This document shows positions 31,277 through 41,303 of a stretch of 64,000 bases of DNA, piece after piece. The DNA is taken from NCBI GenBank assembly GCA_000091205.1, contig AP006501.2; one strand, given 5' to 3'. Position numbers and translations under genes: made by a program. This DNA is from Cyanidioschyzon merolae. Lineage: Eukaryota. The notes beneath the pieces were generated by a model that saw only the letters and a list, made by a program, of their open reading frames with translations, ran no database searches and had not been told where the DNA came from. Each line of letters opens with the position of its first letter. The first letter of the stretch is position 1.

Positions 31277-33475
31277 CTACCGTGATTGCCTCTGGACAAG
31301 GCGTAGTCCGGTGAATCTGGGCAGAAAGAGAAAGCCCCTGCGGTGACGGGCCTCGTTGTCTGCAGCTAGCTCCGTGACATTCGGTTGATGCAACCGATCC
31401 AACGCACCAGCGCTTGTCGCCGCGTCTCCCGCCAGAGCCGGTGCTATCCGCTGATCAGGCCTGGAGGTAGCAGGGTCTGCAGCAGGCTCCTGCACGCTCG
31501 ACCGCTCCGGTGCCTGGCGTGCGGTTTTCAGGCTCGACAGGTACGCATCGGTCGTGAAATGCGGGTTCGATGGTATCAGAAACGGATCTGAACGTGAGCT
31601 TTTCTGAAAGCGTTGCAGGAACGAGGTACGCCGCAGCCTCGATAACGCCAGTGCATTCCGCCGCACACTGCGTCGATATTTCAGTGCAGTTTCGCGAGCG
31701 CGGAGAATTTCGTCCAGTTTCTCGTCGCTGAACACTCTTGCTGCGAAGCGAGCGCCATCACCAGCCGGGCGTTGATACGGTGCTACCAGCATCTCGTATG
31801 CAAGCCCAAACCCGTAACGCGTAGCCTCGAAAATCACCTCAGGTCTGGTTTCCAGCTGGCTTATTTCGGGATCTCCACGCGGTGGAGCGATCGCCAGAAT
31901 CGAGGCCTGCTCCGGCAGCGCCGAGCACCAGCGTTCTTTCAAGATGCTCCGAACATGGACGTGGCGAGCGCTTTTCCTGTCTTCTAAGATGCGAATATCT
32001 TCCAAATACTGTTTGAAATGGCCTCCCCGAACGATATAGTCACGGACGTGCGGAAATGCCTCCAATTCGGGTGCAGCTATCATACGTTCGTAGAAGCCGG
32101 CGATCCGCGGAACACGCGTACCCACCGGGCGCGTTCGCAATACCAATAAATGCGTACATCCATCCGCAAGAGCGCTTCGAAAGGGGATTGCTTCGAAAAG
32201 AATCCCGTCCGCGTAGATATCGTCACCAATGGGAACGAGCGGCCCCGCGATGCCTGGAACCCGCGCGCTCGCCCTGAGGCACTCGCGCAGCTCCGCGTAG
32301 GTACGGAACCCGTCGAACGCTACACTACGTGCGTGCGTGAGGCTGCTCGCCACCGGTCGGAGCGGCTGCACCGCATTGTTTTGGGCGAACTTGTTCCAGT
32401 CTAATGGTTTGATATGAACCATTACTTCATCGAGAAGAAAGTCGAGATCGAGCACCGGTCGCGTCCGGCTTGACGAACGTAACGGTTGCCAGAGCGCTCG
32501 CTTATTGATGAAACGATCGTTCGCAATATCCTCAAAGTAGACAGACGGTCCATAACCTGGTAGCTGCCGCGCAACGACGTAGGCACCGCAGATAGCCCCG
32601 GCGGATGAGCCGAAGATCACATCAAAAGCGTCCGCGAACCCGAGGTATCCCAACGCAGCACACATCCCAGCGGCAATACTCCCGCGCATACCACCACCTT
32701 CGATGACAAGTCCAATGCGGTAGGGATCGTGGCGTTGTCCGGGTCGCGAGCCGTGTGCTCGTCGTTGGTGCAGGGCCATTAACACCGGATCATCTGCGTA
32801 GCTTTGCCAAGGATGATGCGGTTTGTTGGGGGCTTTTTCCCGCTGCAGCAAGAGACGCGGAATGAGACTCAGACTGGCGATGCGTGCTCGTCGCAAGAGC
32901 GCTGTACGCAGGGGCGCTCCTGGTGCTGCTGGTGCTGCATCACTTGATGTGGCTGTCTTGTTAGCGCGAGTCGCCGTCTTTGGTGGTGCCGGGTTCGGCT
33001 GCTCCAAAGCCGCTTCCGGTTTCAGCGCGAAAACGAGAGCGCCTCGAGCAAGAAACTGCCGCTGGATAGAGAACCTCGTAAGCAGCCTGGACTGTTCACG
33101 TGCTCGGTTGCAGGCGTTGCTCTTGGGCCAGCAGCTGTGCCTCGTCTTTCCAAAAGCAAGGCTAGTACCCTGGAACTGAAAGCTCATTCGTGACAGCGGC
33201 CGTTGCGTGGCTCCAGTAGACGCTTCCGGTTCGTCCAAAGTGACTCGTGCTGCAAGGATATGAGCGCTCATTCGTGGCGGCAGTGATAGCGTGCTTGCCG
33301 AAGATGCATGTTTCTTGTACAAAACGGCTCGTGCTTCTAGGTGGCGCTCGAGCGACTGCCTGCTGCCGTCAACTGCACGCTCTCTCGCCATGCGCAGTCC
33401 ATCTACGACCAGTGTCAAACTTGAGCCTGTATGCTTGTTGCTGGATGCTCGCGCTGCTATCCGCACAACGAGCAC
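31277..33475 (-). CDS. Patatin-like phospholipase domain protein.
   Basis: 732-aa ORF. The oxyanion motif GGGMRG (LVIEGGGMRGSIAAGM) and the GxSxG nucleophile elbow (FGSSAGAICGAY) lie in a patatin fold context. The N- and C-terminal regions are low-complexity. Confidence 0.8.
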   Translation of the reverse strand: MLVVRIAARASSNKHTGSSLTLVVDGLRMARERAVDGSRQSLERHLEARAVLYKKHASSASTLSLPPRMSAHILAARVTLDEPEASTGATQRPLSRMSFQFQGTSLAFGKTRHSCWPKSNACNRAREQSRLLTRFSIQRQFLARGALVFALKPEAALEQPNPAPPKTATRANKTATSSDAAPAAPGAPLRTALLRRARIASLSLIPRLLLQREKAPNKPHHPWQSYADDPVLMALHQRRAHGSRPGQRHDPYRIGLVIEGGGMRGSIAAGMCAALGYLGFADAFDVIFGSSAGAICGAYVVARQLPGYGPSVYFEDIANDRFINKRALWQPLRSSSRTRPVLDLDFLLDEVMVHIKPLDWNKFAQNNAVQPLRPVASSLTHARSVAFDGFRTYAELRECLRASARVPGIAGPLVPIGDDIYADGILFEAIPFRSALADGCTHLLVLRTRPVGTRVPRIAGFYERMIAAPELEAFPHVRDYIVRGGHFKQYLEDIRILEDRKSARHVHVRSILKERWCSALPEQASILAIAPPRGDPEISQLETRPEVIFEATRYGFGLAYEMLVAPYQRPAGDGARFAARVFSDEKLDEILRARETALKYRRSVRRNALALSRLRRTSFLQRFQKSSRSDPFLIPSNPHFTTDAYLSSLKTARQAPERSSVQEPAADPATSRPDQRIAPALAGDAATSAGALDRLHQPNVTELAADNEARHRRGFLFLPRFTGLRLVQRQSR

Positions 33476-33878
33476 CCTCCTGCGGATTGATATGTCTTTG
33501 TTCTACAAAGGTTTTCCGGACACTGCCTCACGCTGGACCCGTTTCTGTCGAGAGCCGTGCCTGCTGCTGCCAGCGCACTTGGCTTCGGATCTGGACGTGT
33601 TGGCGCAACCGCATCCGGCACCTGCTCTCCGTTGGCAGGAAACGGCGGGCTCGAATGCTCGCCTCCATCGCTGTGGTTGTGGAATCGACACGTCTCACGG
33701 GATATGCGGATGCGCGAATGCTACCGATATTTAGCCAAAAGAAGTAGATCCTTGGCAGTTGCTCCTGTACCCAACGAGGCCCAGCATGGTCGTCACGTCG
33801 CGCTCGGCGGTTCGATCCGGCGACAAGCCTGGAGCAACGCTTGGCGTGGGCGCTTGTCGCGCCGCTACATCTATGACT

Positions 33879-35252
33879 GATGAAAAGCGAACACTCAAGT
33901 GCGTATTCTGTTCCCGTCTTTGAGGTTTGTACGAAGTTGCTTTTTAGGTGTACAGCCTCGGCGTTCAAAGTGCAGCAACAAAGGGTCACGGATGTATGTA
34001 TCGTTTTCGAGGATGCTTGGTTGTGGTTTCGGAGCGGCGCGTTAGGCGCCTTGCACGCGGAATTCGCGACGTCATCGTAATCAAGACGATTCACAAAGCC
34101 CTGGAACAGCGCTTCGTAAAATAACCGGTCTTGTTATCTAGTTCATACGTACGAGACCGGGCTCTTCGCCCTTGCTTCCGTGTAACACGCCCAATTCACG
34201 CATGCTTCGAGTTTTTGGTCTATCGGTTTCGATGCCATATGTTGATGCAGCAACTCGTGCCGCTGCGCGGACGACGAAAAGCACCCGGCAACATGTCTCG
34301 ACGACCTCTGCACAAGCGCAAGCCGGACACACACTGAACGTGTCACGCCAAACAATCCGTGCTGTTCGAAAGCCAAATCCTCTGATCTGAGTGGCGATCA
34401 ACGGAACGGCATGCCACAGCGGTAGAATGATACCTGGCACGGAACGCGACTGCAGAAGCACCCGTCGCCTATGTTTGCGTAGGAGCGGGTGCTGGACCCG
34501 GACTGGACTGATCACAGCGATCGACTCGGGTGGAGCGTCGACGGATCGACGTCTCTCGAATTGGTTACAAGCCTGGATTCTGCAGTCTGTAGGTGTGTCA
34601 GCATGGACGCCCTCGTACTCCACAACCTGTTTATCGAATGGAAGAGCGTGCGCTTGCGTGTGCAGGTTACGGAGCACTCGCCGAGGCGATCGCCCGGACG
34701 TGGCAAGTGGTGTTACGGTACGGCACCAGGCGCGTAAACGGGGGATAGCACCGAGGGCAGCTTTCTGTACCAGCCACGAGCACGTACCGATCGACGAGGC
34801 AAGCGTTCACGCACCGCACAGAGCAGCCCTCGGAGGACAAGGGCGACAAGCGCGAGAAGAAGGAGGAAGATTCTTGGATGTTCGGTAACGTCCGACCGCA
34901 ATCGCGTGTCACCGTTGCAAAGCGCGCACCGAGCTAGCGTACAACGAAGCTGAACACGGCAAGAGAAGCGTCGATCGCCAACTCCGTCTGGGTGTCAAAT
35001 GCGTCGACAGCAGCCGGAACCCGCGAAACCGGAACCAGAACGCTACCACCAACATCCTTCGAGTGCTCACAAGGGAGCCATTTTGGAATGAAAGACCTGC
35101 GCACCTGACTCTGGAGACAGACGAGCGGTACCGGAAGCAGTCCCCGACAGCCATTGCCGCAGACTGTATCGATGCCATCGGGACGAGACCCAGTCCTGAG
35201 CGGATCCGCTTCTGGAAGTGAATCTGTCCAATTGTGCTCTAAATTGGATGTA
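33879..35252. repeat. Left arm of the large inverted repeat (1374 bp). It belongs to the approximately 1.3-kb R family.
   Basis: The reverse complement matches 36858..38234 at about 98-99% identity. Duplicated ORFs with near-identical proteins confirm this (34138..34677(-) vs 37436..37975(+); 33880..34080(+) vs 38033..38503(-); 35067..35402(-) vs 36804..37046(+)). Boundaries were checked at nucleotide level: the outer junctions are …ctgatgaaaagcgaac / …gttcgcttttcatcgaac, and the inner junctions are …ctctaaattgg|atg / ttataccc|aatttagag…. Confidence 0.85.
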
Positions 35253-35682
35253 GGGCATTGCCGCAACACGCAACGAATACGCCAGACCCAAGACTAGAAC
35301 GGAATCGGCCCAGCTCGTCGATTCCCATACGCGCAACTGCTTATCGAATGCATATTCTTTACAAGTGTCTCGGCAGACTGCCGCATACACACAGACTTGC
35401 ATGCACTAAGTAGAGCTACGGCTCGCATGCATCTCCTCCGCACAATTCTTTAAATCTACTGGGTAACCGTTCTCTATCGTAAAAATCAAGCACCCATAGA
35501 TTCATACGAGCCGCATCCCTACCTTTTGCGGGTAATGGCGCACTGCACTGCACTCAACTGCACTGCCCGCTCGCGACTCGTAACCGCCAAAGCATGTTGT
35601 GATGCTCCAGGTGCCGAATGCCGTCCAGGTTCATGCAACGGTGCCCGCGTCCAATATCTTGGATGACATCGCCCACAGAGGC

Positions 35683-36705
35683 CTAGTCCGGCGCACTGAG
35701 CTTCTTGCGATCTTGCGGTCTTGCTACGAGAAAGACCTTGCGTTGCGCCACATTGAAGCCGACGATAGCGCCGCAGCGTTTGCAGCGCCGCTCGTCACGC
35801 TTTCTATCCGAAGCGCTCGAGAAAAGACAGGTCACATCGTTTCCGCAATTAGGACAGGGTCCCCGGACTACCTCCGGAGAGCCCAAATCCAAATAGCTCA
35901 GCATTCGTGGCGTCAGGTAGTTGCTGAACCACGCAGTTACGACAGCGATGACCACGAAGAGCACAGACGCTCGAACGGCGACCTGATCATCGAACGTTAG
36001 CTGAATATGGCCGAGACAGATGAGATCAAGGAGCGCAAAACCCAGGATACTCGATAGGCAAAGCAGCACGGCGGGCGCGTAAAGAAGCAGCAGCTTGAAC
36101 CGATCCTCCACTGCGTCTCCGAAAAGCAGATACATAAGTCGTTTGTCCATCGACGAATCAGACTTGAGGATGCTTTGCATGTCGAGGGTGCTGGTTCGAC
36201 TCGCTCCCAGCTTGGCCTTGAGTCCGTCGAGCTCTTCGGGACTTAGACGCAGCTCGTTCAGGAGCCGTCTGTCCATGTCGCGTTGCTGCGCAGCTTGAAT
36301 CCAAACCTTCTCCAAGTCATTTAACCGAAGAGAACTAGAACCTAAATGTTCCAACTCGTCACGGAGAGTCTTGAATTCGCCGTCGGTGAGAACCGGGTTG
36401 CCTTCATAGTATGAGCGCAGCGCTTCAATAAACAGGTTCTCTAGGGCGCCTCTGTACTCACCGTCGTTATTGCCGTCGATGCGCCGAATCCATAAATGGT
36501 CGTCGTTTTCGAACGGTTCTCGTGATATGCTCATATGGTACCGTCGTGGACGCGAGAGCAGTCGCACGCTGGCACCACGGCAAACGGGAAACCGCGCAAT
36601 ACCAACGGAACACGCAAACGGGGCCGCGCACCGTCGAAAAGGCACACCTATGGTGCTTGTCAGCCAACACAGCGGTGCGTTGGAGCGGGACCCGGGCCTC
36701 CGCAT
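35683..36705 (-). CDS. PGRL1: PGR5-like protein 1 (PGRL1) homolog. It is the sole gene in the spacer of the inverted repeat.
   Basis: 340-aa ORF. FIEALRSYYEGNPVLTDGEFKTLRDELEHLGSS resembles plant PGRL1 FLQALQSFYYDGKAIMSNEEFDNLKEELMWEGSS. Two predicted TM helices follow. The C-terminal paired Cys motifs RGPCPNCGNDVTCLF…RCKRCGAIVGFN resemble PGRL1 KGPCPNCGTENTSFF…KCTNCGTAMVYD. An N-terminal presequence is present. Confidence 0.7.
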   Translation of the reverse strand: MRRPGSRSNAPLCWLTSTIGVPFRRCAAPFACSVGIARFPVCRGASVRLLSRPRRYHMSISREPFENDDHLWIRRIDGNNDGEYRGALENLFIEALRSYYEGNPVLTDGEFKTLRDELEHLGSSSLRLNDLEKVWIQAAQQRDMDRRLLNELRLSPEELDGLKAKLGASRTSTLDMQSILKSDSSMDKRLMYLLFGDAVEDRFKLLLLYAPAVLLCLSSILGFALLDLICLGHIQLTFDDQVAVRASVLFVVIAVVTAWFSNYLTPRMLSYLDLGSPEVVRGPCPNCGNDVTCLFSSASDRKRDERRCKRCGAIVGFNVAQRKVFLVARPQDRKKLSAPD

Positions 36706-36857
36706 GGCAGCGAGAACAACAACTGAAACGTTTCTGGCCTAAGTACAGCAAAACGCGGTGCACGTTGCCCAGCTTTGCGGAGAAGATCTCCTCTTGCAAA
36801 TGAATGAAAGGTGGTCGACGACCTGCCTACGGTGGCTGGCTGAGACTCCCGCGCACA

Positions 36858-38234
36858 GATTATACCCAATTTAGAGCACAATTGGACAGATTCACTTCCA
36901 GAAGCGGATCCGCTCAGGACTGGGTCTCGTCCCGATGGCATCGATACAGTCTGCGGCAATGGCTGTCGGGGACTGCTTCCGGTACCGCTCGTCTGTCTCC
37001 AGAGTCAGGTGCGCTGGTCTTTCATTCCAAAATGGCTCCCTTGTGAGCACTCGAAGGATGTTGGTGGTAGCGTTCTGGTTCCCATTTCGCGGGTTCCGGC
37101 TGCTGTCGACGCATTTGACACCCAGACGGAGTTGGCGATCGACGCTTCTCTTGCCGTGTTCAGCTTCGTTGTACGCTAGCTCGGTGCGCGCTTTGCAACG
37201 GTGACACGCGATTGCGGTCGGACGTTACCGAGTATCCAAGAATCTTCCTCCTTCTTCTCGCGCTTGTCGCCCTTGTCCTCCGAGGGCTGCTCTGTGCGGT
37301 GCGTGAACGCTTGCCTCGTCGATCGGTACGTGCTCGTGGCTGGTACAGAAAGCTGCCCTCGATGCTATCCCCCGTTTACGCGCCTGGTGCCGTACCGTAA
37401 CACCACTTGCCACGTCCGGGCGATCGCCTCGGCGAGTGCTCCGTAACCTGCACACGCAAGCGCACGCTCTTCCATTCGATAAACAGGTTGTGGAGTACGA
37501 GGGCGTCCATGCTGACACAACTACAGACAGCAGAATCCAGGCTTGTAACCAATTCGAGAGACGTCGATCCGTCGACGCTCCACCCGAGTCGATCGCTGTG
37601 ATCAGTCCAGTCCGGGTCCAGCACCCGCTCCTACGCAAACATAGGCGACGGGTGCTTCTGCAGTCGCGTTCCGTGCCAGGTATCATTCTACCGCTGTAGC
37701 ATGCCGTTCCGTTGATCGCCACTCAGATCAGAGGATTTGGCTTTCGAACAGCACGGATTGTTTGGCGTGACACGTTCAGTGTGTGTCCGGCTTGCGCTTG
37801 TGCAGAGGTCGTCGAGACATGTTGCCGGGTGCTTTTCGTCGTCCGCGCAGCGGCACGAGTTGCTGCATCAACATATGGCATCGAAACCGATAGACCAAAA
37901 ACTCGAAGCATGCGTGAATTGGGCGTGTTACACGGAAGCAAGGGCGAAGAGCCCGGTCTCGTACGTATGAACTAGATAACAAGACCGGTTATTTTACGAA
38001 GCGCTGTTCCAGGGCTTTGTGAATCGTCTTGATTACGATGACGTCGCGAATTCCGCGTGCAAGGCGCCTAACGCGCCGCTCCGAAACCACAACCAAGCAT
38101 CCTCGAACACGATACATACATCCGTGACCCTTTGTTGCTGCACTTTGAACGCCGAGGCTGTACACCTAAAAAGCAGCTTCGTACAAACCTCAAAGACGGG
38201 AACAGAATACGCACTTGAGTGTTCGCTTTTCATC
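36858..38234. repeat. Right arm of the large inverted repeat (1377 bp), in the orientation opposite to the left arm.
   Basis: See the left arm. Confidence 0.85.
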
Positions 38235-38811
38235 GAACATTCATCTGCGCTCGCTTCGACTCTGGAACGCAGGACAGTCGCGTCAATGAAACAGTACTGT
38301 TCGTGGATTTGTTCAGGATGCGTTCCAAGACATCGAGCGGAGCACTGCAGGAGTTTGACGCGAATCGGCCGGTAGGCTTGGCACCTGCAAGGTCGCAGGA
38401 TAGATCTCGCGTTGGTTCTTAACCAAAATACTGCACTGGGGTCCCGAGTGCGCGGGAGCTTACCTTTGCGGACGACTGTCCCCAACCTGGTCATTGATCG
38501 CATTTGCGTGTCTACGCGGGCGTCTGTTCACATTCATGAGACTCACACCTTCAAATAAAGCAAATCGGAGGCCGAGTAGCCTATACGGTAGCGGCAGGCA
38601 GGCCAAATGCTGATTTGGTGAAGCTCAGCCTCAGAGTGCCCGCGCGACTGAGGCCTGTATTCGCGATCGAGCATGCGACTCCGACATCCTGGCTAGCAAA
38701 TGAGTGTCGGATAATCATGGAGGTCGGTCAAGCGAACACATTGCATTGGGCATCATCGGGGCTTATCAGATCATCATCGGGTCGCTGACGAGGGGCCCAG
38801 TTCGCCCAGCG

Positions 38812-39789
38812 CTAGGGGAGCGATGGCAGCACACCCCAAGAGTCGTCCGCCAACGCGCCGACTCCTGGGCTACGCTCCTCACGAACCGCTCGCAGTGCTG
38901 TGGGCTCTATTGATTCTGTGCACTTTCGTCGCTCGCGAAAGAATCGCCGAAGTAATGATGCGGATTCGTTCGCCAACACCCCGGGAATGATCTCCGAGAA
39001 ACGATGGAACGGATGCGGTGGTGCTACCGTCAATAGTGGAACATACGATTCAATAGCACCTAACCGCAGACCTGGTGCTCCATAGACCAGTCGCGTTACT
39101 CGCGCCAATTGCATGGCGCTGAGACACATAGCGCACGGCTCTAGAGTACAGTAGAGCGTCACATGATACGGAACGGGATGATCTCGACTGCCAGCGCGGT
39201 TCAGTCGCCATGATCGGAGCCGTGCCGATGCCGCCCGTAAACATTCGATCTCAGCGTGTGCTGTGGCATCACAGCACTCCTCAATACGATTCCGACCGCG
39301 TGCCAGAATCACGTCCGGTGCGTCAGTTTCTGGTCCATTTCGCACAACCAAAAGAGCACCAACTGGCACCTCATTGTTCGTGTATGCCTCCTCGGCGAGC
39401 GCAAGAGCCATACGCATGTAGTGCTCGTGCGGTTCAGCTGCAACATTTCTACGAACGGACCCTGCACTCGGCGCGGGTATGCGATACTCGAGGCTGGTGG
39501 GCGTGCTCCGAGCAAGAGCCGCACGCTTGCAGGTAAGCCGGCAGTGCGCAGCCTCCACGCGTTCTCCGACTGCGTGCAGATGACCCTCTGTCTCTCGCGG
39601 CAAGTTGAGACCATCTTTTCGCTCGTTAAATTGAGGATCAGAAATGCATAAGCTAGCGCTGGGGCGGCGATTGATCGACGCCCTCTTTGGAGTCTGCCTT
39701 GTGCTGCTGCTGCTGCTCGTGCGCCGTCTACAAGCAAAGCTCAGCGTGCTCACGATAGAGAACGAGCACCTGTGCACTTTCGGTAACAT
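38812..39789 (-). CDS. tadA: tRNA-specific adenosine deaminase (TadA/ADAT2-like CMP/dCMP-type zinc deaminase) with an approximately 150-aa N-terminal extension.
   Basis: 325-aa ORF. The deaminase core MRMALALAEEAYTNNEVPVGALLV…HAEIECLRAA…TLYCTLEPCAMCLSAM carries the H(A/C)E and PCxxC zinc-binding motifs. Confidence 0.8.
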   Translation of the reverse strand: MLPKVHRCSFSIVSTLSFACRRRTSSSSSTRQTPKRASINRRPSASLCISDPQFNERKDGLNLPRETEGHLHAVGERVEAAHCRLTCKRAALARSTPTSLEYRIPAPSAGSVRRNVAAEPHEHYMRMALALAEEAYTNNEVPVGALLVVRNGPETDAPDVILARGRNRIEECCDATAHAEIECLRAASARLRSWRLNRAGSRDHPVPYHVTLYCTLEPCAMCLSAMQLARVTRLVYGAPGLRLGAIESYVPLLTVAPPHPFHRFSEIIPGVLANESASLLRRFFRERRKCTESIEPTALRAVREERSPGVGALADDSWGVLPSLP

Positions 39790-41303
39790 GACACACCTTT
39801 TAGAAATCTTAGAACAATTATCGTCACTTTTCCGCGCCTAGCACACTAGCGGCTACACGGGACGTTCGCATAGACGATCGTCTTGAACGGCCACGGTCGG
39901 TCAGCGGTAAGCGCTCAGGTTGCCGCATGCGATCGTAGGCGGGCTAGGCGAGGCGCCACGGTAGCTGCCTCACGAGTCTGGGTGCGGCGTACGCTTCTTG
40001 CGTTTGTGAACCGTGAATCAACGAGACTGGTGGTGGAGCTCCATGAGCATGAGTACATCATGCGGATACGATGATGTAGACTTTAAGAGCGCGCTCCACT
40101 GGTTGGCAGGAGAGCCCCGTAAAAGAAGTACCGGGAGAGAATGGGCGGGTACGTTTATCAGCTCCGAGCGGTATCCAGGGAAAGGTCATCGAAGCGCGGT
40201 AACGATGGAGTAACGCGACTGTCTCGATTACGGGTGTCGCTACCTGTCCTTGAGAGTCTCCGTGAATCCGTAATGTTTGTACAATAGCGTGGTAGGTCCG
40301 CAGTCCATGGAAAGCTCCTGTTCATCGCGAGTAGTATCTCTTTGTTTTGCAGATGCACAGACAATCGGTTGGATGCTTCGGCTTTAGTTGCGGGAGATCT
40401 GCACCCAGGAGAGTCATTTGCGCCAGCCATGCTCCATTCGCCCACGTTCTCGTGCGGTGCGAGTGTGGTACAACCGTTGCATGAGAGCTCGCAGCGTGCC
40501 CGCAGCGGGTGCGCATTGCGAGACCTTGATCCCGCTTCCCGTCTTGGTCTTGTGAAGCGGTTCCTGTAACAGAACGTGTCATGCTTTTGCTTTTCGTAAA
40601 AGGTGATCAACAGATCGCCATCTCCCATTGACCGCAAACACGTTCCAAGCATTCCGGTTTTTGGCGCAGCATGCACATACCCCTTTCTTTCCGTATTGCT
40701 TTGCCATCTGCGTACCGCAGTACGACTGGCCTAAAGTACGAATGCAGTCCTGCTTACACTGTTCAGAAAAGAATACATATCCGACATCCAATTCGTCTTC
40801 GATCTATGCGGTGTATCGCAGAGCGATGTCGATCCCTGCTATGCCTCGCGAACTAGCATTCGATTCTACACCGCGAAATTGGAATGAAATTGAGTTGAAA
40901 TTCTAAGGATGTTCACCGTGGCGGCCGCGCGGCGCCCAAAAATCTCCGGGCACAACGTCGCGTGGAGCGTCCGCCGCCGATAGCGCCACCGCCGCTGCCA
41001 CGTGTGCGGATTCGCTGCTTCTAGGGTGCACGCCTCTGCAACGGAACCTGTTCCACTGGATGCAGTCGCGGCAGCTGCAACTGCTACGTGGACGCGTTTA
41101 GGAGCGTTCTATGTGTTTCATGGTTGATTCCGTCATGATCGCCCACTGAGCATATTGGGACGAGAACGTTTGCCCCTCTCTCGTATTCTCAGTTCTGCTG
41201 GGCACAGGCAGTACTGCTTGAGCGTGTGCGGGACAGGCCCGAGCTGGGCGCTTCGAGGCGTTGAGGAGGAGCTCGGTGCCAGCGAGCGCTTCACGAGGGC
41301 GTC

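Noticed and set aside
34391-34888. 165-aa ORF duplicated in both IR arms (also 37225..37722 on the opposite strand), and the 179-aa ORF 34138..34677.
   Set aside because: Duplication is explained by the inverted repeat itself. Homologous positions in the older copies R1 and R2 are not open. No recognisable protein motif is present. The conserved cores more likely act at the DNA or RNA level.
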